From Vermamoeba vermiformis (lineage: Eukaryota), in the NCBI GenBank assembly GCA_045837725.1, contig JBEWZL010000212.1, positions 1 to 64,000 on the forward strand: a DNA stretch of 64,000 nucleotides, read 5' to 3'. Both the position numbers and the translations under genes were made by a program. How positions within the stretch are numbered: position 1 is the stretch's first letter; the number at the start of each line of letters is the position of its first letter. Below, in pieces: positions 52,701 through 64,000 of this stretch. A model generated the notes under the pieces. It did not search any database, was not told where the DNA came from, and was given only the letters and a program-made list of their open reading frames with translations.

Positions 52701-53054
52701 TTACTTCAACTTACGGATTTACCAGTTCCTGCTGATCCCGTGAAAAAAATATTTTTCCCGAACAGAATTTCGTCTAAAACAAGCATTTGCTCCTAAATTA
52801 GCGTAAATAAAATATTTCTGTAATTTCTTCGAATATTTTACCTCGGACAATTTCGGGATGTACTCAGCCCGTTTAGCTGGCGAAGGTGATTTTCTTTGAT
52901 TCCATTTATCTAACCCTCCATTTTCGTCATTATCGTCTGCTTTAAAGCGTTTCGTGCCAGCACTAGCGAAATCCTCTGCAAACACGTCGCCGCTCTTACG
53001 CTTACGGTCCGTTGAGGTTTTGTTAGGCGTCAAGAAATTATTGTTGTTGTCCAT
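49743..53054 (-). CDS. PIF1: PIF1-family 5'-3' DNA helicase with long disordered C-terminal tail, multi-exon
   Basis: [78 protein letters not shown]. Confidence 0.95.
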
Positions 53055-53572
53055 CAATAAGCCATTATTCAGAATCGTGGTCTTTCAGGTCGTTTAAAAA
53101 TTATTTTGACAGGGTTGGATTTCAACAGAAATTGGATCTGCGCGATTTGACTTGACTTCGAACAACTCAAATATATTTACTGTCGATTGTACAAGCTCAG
53201 AACGTCTACACCGCGAATGATTCAAATGGTTGAATTTGATCAAGCTTGCTGGCTCACAAATAATATCTTCACAATTTTAATGAAGAGACACATTACATAA
53301 TACCCAAATTTAATACGTAAATCAAATTGATAATTTATACAATATTCAAATTTCGCTTGGTACCAAAAAAAGTAACCGTTACGAAACCGATCAAGGGTCG
53401 CCTAGGCGACTGCGCGGTACGTCGTAAATGTAAATCACCAACATAGGCAAGACACGTACTAGCACACATGAAAGGTACCATGAGGGAAGCAGTACCAATT
53501 TAATAGTTCGAACAGCTCGAATCTCCGGATCACTAGTGCGAACAGTCTTCAAATCTTTCTGATTCGAGTTAA

Positions 53573-54907
<1,335 letters not shown>

Positions 54908-55398
54908 GAACCTTTCTCTCTTTATGAGCCCTCGAGCTCATTGTAACAACAATAAAACCCAATTAAAAATAATCAATCGCCTTCTTGTTCGTAACGGTTA
55001 TCTCTCGTGCACATGGCCCTGCACCGACGACTACTCTTTCAAGTCCGATTAGCATACGCACTCGCTATCGTACGATACTCATGCAGTGCCATGGACATTT
55101 TATAAAACTGGGCTCTTCGAGTACCTCGGGTTGTCGCGATCAGGCCCAGTTTGTTCTTCAACGAGATCGAGCAGTGCTGCAGATTGTTTTTTCATCCTTC
55201 GATTAATTCCTAGTTGTGAGTGCACGCCAAAACGGTAGTGAAGCTTGCCGAGTTACTACGCAGCTGTATTCTCTCGTCCCCTTACCGACATCCGCTCCAC
55301 TTCTTGCAGTCGTATCAAATGACCAATAAAGGACAAAGATATAATTTTAAAGATAGAGTTTTATTCACAATTCGAGGGATTCACAATCAAAAATTGGC

Positions 55399-57135
55399 TT
55401 AGAAGAGAGCCAACAAGGCAACGGCGGCAGAGGCCACAGAAGCAACAACAGTTGAGGCACTGCTGAAGGCAGGGTTGGACAAAGGCTCAGAGGCAGAAGG
55501 AGTTTGACCAACGTTGTTCAAAGGAGTGATGCCGACAGTGGTGTCGAACTTCTTGTCTTGAGTGCCAGAAGGCAAACCGTTGGCTTGAGCAAAGTTGAAA
55601 GCGAAACGCTTGCCAGTGCTGAGGGTGTTGAGTCCTTGCCACTCGACTTCGACGGTGGCGCTGAATTGGAATTGAGCGTTGGCGTCAATGTTGACGGGGA
55701 ACATGTCATTGGTGGTTTGACCGACAGAGACGACGAATTGGAAGCCCTCAGAGGTGGCGTTGTTGGGAGTCAAGGCGAATTGGTTGGCATTGCCGAGAGC
55801 AGTGTTGTCACCAGCGGCGAGGAGAGAGCGAGAAGTACCATCGGGAAGAGCGTAGGCAACATCAGTGATGGCAGAGGAGACGATGGTAGCCTTGGTGGAC
55901 CAGACGGTGGCCAAGAAGAAGGCGGTTTGAGAGGGCAAGAAGGCAGTCTTCTTGGTGGTGTGTTGAGCGTCTTGGTAGACTTCCAAAGCACCGTTGAGGT
56001 CAATGTCGAAGCGAACGATCTGGCAGAAGTCTTCAGAGACAACCTTGGAGGCAATCAAGGCAGTGTTGGTGTTGGCATCCAAAGGACAAGCGGCTTGATC
56101 ACCACGGCAGATGAGCGAGGTAGTGATGTTGTAGTCACCGTTCAACTTGCAAGCGGCGTTGGGGATCAAAACAAGACGGATCTGTTGAGTGCAAGGAGCG
56201 CCTTGAGTATCGGGGCAGTTAATGTCGGTCAAAGAGTAGTTGGAGACCAAAGGAGCGGGGACCTATGAGATCAATATAGTGAGCACTAGTCGTAGAGTAC
56301 TTGTTATCGAATGCACTTACAATGAGGCCAATAACGTCGGAGATCTTGAAGGGATATTGCAACGAGGTAGTGTATTCGAGGGCACCAGTTCCAGAGACGG
56401 GATCGTAGGCTTGGAACGTGATCGCAGCCAAGAGGTTGACACTGCTGAACACATTGATTTCAGAGGTAACCTATATTTAGAAGCACGTGCGTTAGAAATG
56501 TTCCGATCGAAATTATTCCGTCGAACGTCGTAGCTACTTACAGTAATTCTCTTGGGGAATCTGACTTCAACACGAATGATGGATTGAGTGGTACGGAGGA
56601 TGGGGTCACCACGGAGAGCGAGGTTGTCGTATTGAGAGACGATCAAAATGCTGCGCATGTAGCTGTAAGTGGCATCTTCGTCACGAGTCCAGCCGCACAG
56701 GGAGGCAGAAGACATGGGCATGACGACAGTGAAGGTGTCATTGCACTGAGTGACGCTCTTCACCCACAAGTTGCCGGGGTACGAGCAGCTGGCATCACCG
56801 TTTTGGAAGGCGATGGCGGCATCCATTCTGTTGGTGACGAGAGGCGAGCGGATCACGAGAGTGATTTCACCGTTGTTGGCACCAGAGGCTTGTTCGTCGA
56901 GGATGGGAATGTAGCCGGTTTGGAGGTTTTGAGGAGCAGGGTTGAAGGCGCATTGGTCGTCCTTGAGAGTGCAGTCAGCGAAGCCATTAGCACCCCAGTA
57001 GCCCGAGTAGCAGCTGCACAGGCCATTGATGCTCTTGCCAGCGACTGTTGTGCCGTCACTGTAGAGACAAGTTTGTGCGAAGACTGCGCTCACGCAAAGA
57101 GTGGCGAGAAGAAAACGGATCCAGGCTTTGTTCAT
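55399..57135 (-). CDS. Secreted, probably GPI-anchored surface protein with N-terminal EGF-like Cys motif, 3 exons
   Basis: Signal peptide MNKAWIRFLLATLCVSAVFA, CSCYSGYWG, beta-rich Cys-containing body, terminal SSAS plus hydrophobic tail with no cytosolic part, and actin-like codon bias. Confidence 0.85.
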
Positions 57136-57452
57136 GAAAGGCTAATTTGAGCGAGTGTTGAGTGTTGCGAGTTGTTGTTGTCGATGAGTTGTTGTTCGAG
57201 TGTTCGTTGATCTGAGTTACTTTTTTTGTTCTTTCTTTCGCTGTTGTGTTCGAATCTGGTTTCGTTACTTCTTGTTCTTCGTGAGTTCTTTTGTTCTTTC
57301 GTTGTTACTTGTTCTTATGATGAGCTGTTAAACTCTTCGGATCGAGTTGTCGTTGAGAGCTGTTTGTTATTTGTTCCTGCGCTGTGTTTTTAGTTCGAGA
57401 GTTGTTGTTCTCTCTATTGCTTTGGTTGAATTATTGAGTGTTGCCGCACCCC

Positions 57453-57460
57453 TATTTATA
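57453..57460 (-). promoter_or_regulatory. Putative TATA box of the GPI-type surface protein gene
   Basis: Minus-strand TATAAATA followed by ~290 nt of A/C-rich leader before the ATG at 57135. Confidence 0.5.
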
Positions 57461-58310
57461 TTTTTTGACGAGATTTTGGTGGGATAATGCAGTTGCCAAG
57501 CATAGGCAAAAGTTGCATTTCTTAATTTTTCCGGTGACCATAAAAGGCAATCGACACGCATGGATTAATGCGGATTATGTAACAGCCGTGTTTCTGCGTC
57601 TTCGAGATTGAAAGTATTCCACCGATGTAATCCATTGACGATTTGGTCTTATTTAGCAATATGTGCTTGGAGTTGCGGATTTACATCGGATTTGCTTGCT
57701 CTTGTTCTTGCTTCGCTTTATTCGTACGTGCGAGCCTGTCTATTGGACATTATAATTTATTGTTTGTTTGGCTTATTGGTACAATGGGACCGAGATTGTT
57801 AATCTATCAGCAGATTTACGAAATTAATTAATTGAAAGGAGGAGCCTTAAAATCACTTTTACCGCTTAAAATAGCATAAAAGCTAACAAATACATTTTCT
57901 TAAAATATTTTTGATGGATATTTACCAGTTACAATCCTTATTGATGTTTCGAGCTGTTTACATCCTCGATCTTTGCCCGTACTGCCGATTAAGTTCCACG
58001 CGTGCTTATATAGCCCGATAGCAATAAATACATACTCTTATTTCAGCATCGATTGTTGGTATAAACATTAGAGGGAGAGAGGAGACGAAACTAAATCTTT
58101 CGAAATTTGGCTTGGTGCGTCGTGCGCAATCAATTTAAATCGCGAATTAACATAAGTCAATGTTTTATAGGCGCGTTATTGATATGCTGACTCAGTCTAA
58201 CGTGGCGGATTGTGGCTCCTCAACGTGGATCTTCCGTCCAGATCTTGTGCGGGTCAATAAATCGTCATGGATTGTTTACCTTCAATGTTTTTCGTCACAA
58301 TAGGCAAATT

Positions 58311-60015
58311 TTATTTCTTTGTGTTTAACAGTTGATAGCCATCAACGTATTCAACACGAGCCTTGCGTTTGCGGGCAATTACGACAATCACAACGACGGC
58401 AATTACAATGCCTGCCACTCCTGCAACAATAATACCTGCGATTGCACCTGTGCTAAGCGAGTCATTTTCTGAGCCAGTGATTGCGCCATCGTTCACACAA
58501 GCACCATTCTCGTCACATCTGCCTCCATTCAAGCACTCCGAAGCAACGCAACGTGTTCTGCATTCGCTGCCAAAGTAGTTGCTAAAACAGGTGCACGTAC
58601 CCGTGTTTTGGTCGCAAGTGCCCATGTCGCAGGTACTTGAACTGCAGTACTTGTTACACCTAGGTCCGTAGTATCCAAGGTTACATTTACATCCGCCAGA
58701 ACTCGTGCAATAACCATTGAGGCAAGTAGTGGCTGAACATTCATGAGTGCAGTTGAGTCCGTAGTAGTTATCGTCGCAAATGCATTCTCCATATCTGTTG
58801 CAAGTACCGTGTCCATTGCACGTCTCTTCTCTGCTACAATAAAAATTACACGTGTCCGTGAACCAGTTGGCCTCGCAGTCACATATACCCGTTTGTGGAG
58901 GGGGGGTTGCACGTGCCGTGAACGCACTTAGGACACTTTTTGTATTGACACTTGTCACCAAAAGCATACCAATCGCATGTACAAGTGCCGTCTGCTCTGC
59001 AGTCGCCCGCTTTAGAGCAATTGACTGCACGTGAGCATTGGATCGAGCAGTCCTGAAGCGGATTAATACCTGAATTAGTTTAAATGAAAATAAAAAGGCG
59101 TAGGTACGTACCCTAGACACGAATCCATTGTCGCACTTGCAAGAGCCATCTGGAAGACAATTGCCTTTTCCAGAGCAGTTTGTGGTTCGGTTGCAAGTCA
59201 CGGAGCAGTCCTGCAACGAGTTCGGATAAATATTGTATTTATATATCAATACCCTTCATCACATACGCCTCCATAGTATCCTGGTTCGCAAACGCACTTT
59301 GCATTTTGATCACAAGTACCTCGACCGGAGCATGTTACTGACGGATCACAGAACTGACAAATAAGTCCAAAATGGTTTTCCGTGCAAGTGCAAACGCCAG
59401 TATCGTTCTTGCAATATACATTGACAGAAAGATGTTTCGCTTTGCAAAATCTGAACGGATCTGGTTGATAGTTGCACAAAGCTGCCAAAAAATGTCAGCA
59501 ATAATGTCACCGGCGTTGGGTTTGACAAAACCATAAGAAATCTTACTCGAAGTTACTGCTATATTTACAGTTAATAACGCGGTCTGGCCATCAGTAGTTT
59601 GTGCAACGATGGTGCATTGGCTTGTCGTGACAACGTTGTACAATGTCCAATTGACTTGCACTGTAACGTCTACTGATGAGATAAAGTTGCCATAGGAAGG
59701 TGATAGAGTAACAGCGGAGCCTGGAGAAAGTTAAAAAGTAAGTTTAATTTCACAGACAGATGTGAACCAAAGGTAGCATTATAATTTTACCTTCGATCCA
59801 GACTTACAATCGCCAAAGGTATCGTTTATTCTCCATGAAAAGTTAGGAGATAGAGGTGAATATTTAGATAGCGTGGTTGTATATACAGAGGTGTTGGTAG
59901 AGCTCGGAAGTGAATTGGATGCCGAGATGATCGAACGTGACCAAGTGATGCCGTCAGCGTTTGCTTGATTACAAACTAGCCACACTAAGGCAAAAAATGA
60001 TAATATATAACGCAT
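58311..60015 (-). CDS. EGF-repeat type I membrane protein; apparent frameshift at a G7 run
   Basis: Signal peptide MRYILSFFALVWLVC, Ig-like/beta region, 8 or more EGF-like repeats (C..G.C...G.C.C..GYYG..C), TM AIAGIIVAGVAGIVIAVVVIVVI, tail YVDGYQLL. Confidence 0.88.
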
Positions 60016-60481
60016 GGTATTGGTGTTGTTGCTCAATTTGATGATAACCGAACAACAGCGGAGCTTCTATTTTCTGGCTGGCATTGTGACTTTACTCGAA
60101 GAGATTTCGTTCGGGATGATACCATCATCGCAGAGTTACACAAGTGCAGGTGCTCCTAGTCCTTAACAGAAAGGATAAGCTTTTGGTTCACGTGGAGCAG
60201 ATCGGCTCCAAATAATTTGTTCCACCCTTTCTATGAAGTAAATGCCTATAATTTAATTAAAAAAAAATCGACGTTAAATTTAAGTTAGTTATTCTAATTT
60301 TATCCATCGACTACAGGAAAACAAACTTTCGATCTTACCTTGTAACCAATAATTTACCATTCTGCAGGTTGCTCACAGATTGGACGAAGATATTAATGAT
60401 TAGGCATTTACGTTAAGTAAAAGTGATGTTGTTGTGTGGCTTTGGCGGTTGTAAAAATAAATAAAATTTAAATTAACAGAG

Positions 60482-63400
60482 ATGGGCAACGAGCATCCAC
60501 ACCATAAGAAAAAGGATATTAAAGATATCAAGGACCTCGATGTACCGATCATTGGGCTTGATGCAACAAATAATCAGGGCGTTAGGATCTTGGGACAGAT
60601 TAACTACGCTTGTGACGGTTGTAAGCGTAGAATAGAGCCAAATGAAAATAGATGGGTTTGTTGGGAGTGTGGTGAAGACGTGTCGTCCTATGATCTTTGT
60701 GCTGAATGTCAAGGACAACATCCGCATCCAGTAGTCGGTGCAATCCGTAAGTAGTATTCCAAAATAATAATCTATTATTAATTAATAAAATTATACGAAA
60801 AATTACGACCCTTGATTTGACTTTTAATATTATTTGAAATTTAGCCTCAATGGTGACTCAGCCAACTGCCGCTCCAACCTTTGCTGACCAAATAGAGTAA
60901 GCCAGTATCTTATACATAATAGTGATAGTATTTAATCACCAATTAAGGAATTGGATGATGTTATATCGCGAACGAAAGCTTTATGGCACTCGCGATCCTT
61001 CAGACAACATGAAATACAAGTGGATCTCGTATCAACAGGCGTACGAAATGACGCGAGACTTTAGTTCAGGTCTATTGTCTAAATTTCCAACGGTAAGCGA
61101 TAGAATTCCAAATACAATTTACAAACTAACCGATCTGAACTACAGCGAAGCGTCATTGGTATTTGTGGCATTAATCGCGTGGAATGGTTTGTTACTGACA
61201 TAGGTATATAATATAATGGTAGTAATTGAGTTGTATTAACATTTTTTTTTAGGTTGTGTCTTTGGTGGATTTTTATCGGTGCCGATCCATTGGAACTATG
61301 GTACGCGACTAATCAAATATCAATCTCGTATTAAAATACACCATATAGATGCTGTTGCTGCTTCTCATATTGTTCAACACGCTGAGATCCAGTGCCTGGT
61401 TACAACCGAAAAACAATTGCCGGTCGTAAGTTTTGACTTATTTTGCCCGATTAAATTAACCTTGATTTTTAGTTCGTGGAGATAGCTAAACAGAAGAACA
61501 CACCAGCTTTTAAGACTATAATTTGCATGGATAATATCATTAAGGACTTTGAGATTATTCATGCTGAACTCAAGGACGTCGGAGTTGAGCTGTTTAAATG
61601 GGATGAAATTCTAGCAATAGTATGTTATTATTAGTCTAATATATTCGTGTTAAATATGCTTTTTTTGTAGGGCAAAGCTGATAGAAAGCCAATTATTCCG
61701 CTCAAGCCGGATGACATGATCACACTGACTTACACTTCTGGCAGCACTGGCAAACCGAAAGTAAGTTCATGAACTCAGTGAAATTTCGTATTTATAGAGG
61801 ACTACTAGGGAATTATCGTGCTCGATAAACATTTGAATCGAGACATTCGTCCATGGCGTACAGGCAGTTTGCCAGTAGTGACCATTTCATTCGGTCCACT
61901 CGCTCACGCTACTGCCAGAAGATCAGCTTATGTTACTCTCGCTAGCGGTGGCAGGCTAGGCATATTCAATGGCGTAAGTCTCATCATTAGTTTGACATTT
62001 TGACACGCTGTGCAGGTGGTCAGATCTGTCAGGTTGACACGAAGGAATATTCTAATCTTATTTATCTGTTAGAGTATGGACACGCTGTTTGAAGATATCG
62101 CTGTATTAAGACCGACATTTTTGACTTGTCCTCCAAGGTAACGGCAGTTATTAATTTTTAAGCGGGTCCGGATCTGATCCCGTTCAAAAGAGTGTGGAAT
62201 CAGATGTACACGGACTTTATTCAGACATTAGATCTAGCTCTTAAAGCCAATCCCGACAAAGACCCCGAGAAAATCACCGAGGGCTTATACAACGAAATCA
62301 AAATGAAGCTCGGATGTGACAGGCTTTGGGTACGGATGTGACCTCTAATTTTTCATTAAATTAACTAAACAATAGAGTATTACTACTGGTGGTGCCCCGA
62401 CGAGTCCCGAAGTGATTCAGTGGATGAAAGATTGTTTCAAGGTTGGTGTGTTTGACAGCTACGGAACCACTGAGATTGGTGGCGTTGCCATCGACAGTCA
62501 ACTAAACGCAGACCGTAAGCAACTTAATCAATTTATTGTAGCCGTCTAATATAACATATTTATAGTTGTGTACAAGCTCGTCGATGTGCCCGAGCTCGGA
62601 TACTTTTCGACCGATCAGCCTCTTCCACGGGGTGAATTGTGGGTCAAACCGACGTTAGAAAGAGAAGGCGTCATGAATTACTACAAAGATGAAGTCAATT
62701 CCAAAGAGAATTACGATGCTGATGGTTACGCAACTACAGGCGACATTGTCGAGTTGAATCCGAGAACGAGAATGATCAAAATTATTGACCGAAGGAAAAA
62801 CTTTTTTAAATTGGCACAAAGCGAATTTGTTGCGCCTGAACGAGTCGAAAATATTCTACTGCAATGCTCGTTAGTTAATCAAATGTGGATTTATGCCGAG
62901 AGCATTCAAAGTTACGTGGTCGGCGTGGTCGTTTTGAAAGACAGCGTAAGCCTTACATTGAGACCCTGTTTATCACATACTAATCATAGCATCTTAGACC
63001 TACGAAGACTTTCGAAAAGAGAAAGGCATTGGTGACACTAACGAACAGCTGTCAAATAATCCCGAGTTAATTACACGAGTATTAAGAGCGCTGAAGGAGG
63101 TCGGAGAGAAAGGTAGTTTAAGGCCATATGAAATCCCAAAAGCGATCAAAATAGATCACAGCCCATTCACGGTACAAGATGGGCTCCAAACACCAAGTTT
63201 CAAGCTGAGCCGCGCGTCATTGGTCAAACGATACCGCGACGAAATGCGCGAGCTATATAAGGCCACGAACGACAATATGCAACAACAGATCCAACAACTA
63301 ATAGCTGACCTCGTTGCCAATGATTTGAACATTGAAGTTGGTGATGGAAAAGCAACGCCATTGGTCGAAATGGGTGTTGATTCAGTGAAAGCCACAAAGT

Positions 63401-64000
63401 TGCTTAACGAGATCAAACAGCGATTTAAAGTCGACGTGCCTATATCCGTGCTCTATAATAACGCGGCTAGTATTAATGCTATTGGCGAGTACGTCTTGAA
63501 GCAGCAGCAAGGTCAAGATGTCAAAATTGACAAGCCCAAGTACGATTGGTTCAGTGAATCAGCCTTGCCAAGTGAAGTCATTGAAGCGATAAAATCACAT
63601 CAGTACGAGAAAAAGAGCCGAGATGGCGCGTCAGTTTTGTTGACAGGTGTCACTGGCTTCGTCGGCGCGTTTTTGTTGAACGAGTTACTGGCACAGAAAG
63701 AGAATTACAAAGTTTATTGCCTAATTAGGACAAAAGAGAAGCAAGAAAAGGCCTTTATGAGCCCTGAAGCGATGAAACGATTGGAAGATACATTGACCGA
63801 GTATCAGATCTGGAACAATGTTAATAAGCATCTTGACCGAGTCATACCCGTAAGTTATATAACATTAAGCTTATGGATGAGATGATATACTCAATTTATA
63901 TTATGATAGGTTGCTGGTGATTTGGAACTGGAAAATTTTGGTTTGAACGAAACGGATTTTGATCTGTTGTGCAAGGAAGTTTCGATCATTTATCACAACG
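60482..64000 (+). CDS. ZZ-type zinc finger fused to a carboxylic acid reductase-like A-T-R enzyme (partial, runs off window)
   Basis: ZZ: CDGC..RWVCWEC..YDLCAEC..HPH. Adenylation: YTSGSTGKPKG, YGTTE, YKLVDVPELGY..PRGEL, TGDI, DRRKNFFKLAQSEFV. Carrier: MGVDSVKA. Reductase: VLLTGVTGFVG. Exons 1-3 splice in frame. Confidence 0.92.

Noticed and set aside
55504-57150. Plus-strand ORFs of 254 and 188 aa
   Set aside because: Antisense shadows of the strongly biased surface-protein gene.
59480-59550. Apparent frame switch in the EGF gene's 5' part
   Set aside because: Explained by a normal intron (GTAAG..GCTGAC..GGCAG) that keeps the frame.

Overview
This is eukaryotic, gene-dense, intron-rich DNA with short GT-AG introns (CTAAC/CTGAC-type branch points) and the standard genetic code. 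Actin sequence and gene content suggest a free-living amoeba (Amoebozoa-like; inference). It holds about 24 protein-coding genes: two intronless actins encoding identical proteins in opposite orientation, a DHHC palmitoyltransferase, a divergent ERI1-exonuclease/KDM4-demethylase pair, a RhoGAP-like/SH2/SH2/kinase fusion, an ankyrin-patatin, two convergent surface-protein genes, three tandem receptor tyrosine-kinase-like genes, a divergent IP3-receptor-like channel, a head-to-head HIS3/HIS1 pair, an orphan with a C-terminal F-box-like motif, an NmrA-like reductase, a PIF1 helicase, a GPI-type surface protein, an EGF-repeat receptor, and a ZZ-finger/carboxylic-acid-reductase (A-T-R) fusion cut off by the window end. 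The most notable signals are: (1) a sharply bounded ~1.7 kb CpG-depleted island over the 3' halves of two convergent genes; (2) the ZZ-CAR fusion; (3) an IP3R-like channel with a non-canonical pore; (4) head-to-head pairing of functionally related genes; (5) a mosaic receptor-kinase array. Three single-base frameshifts in short homopolymers may be assembly errors. No tRNA, rRNA, CRISPR array or transposon was recognised. Gene coordinates are outer spans including introns, and splice models were read by eye.
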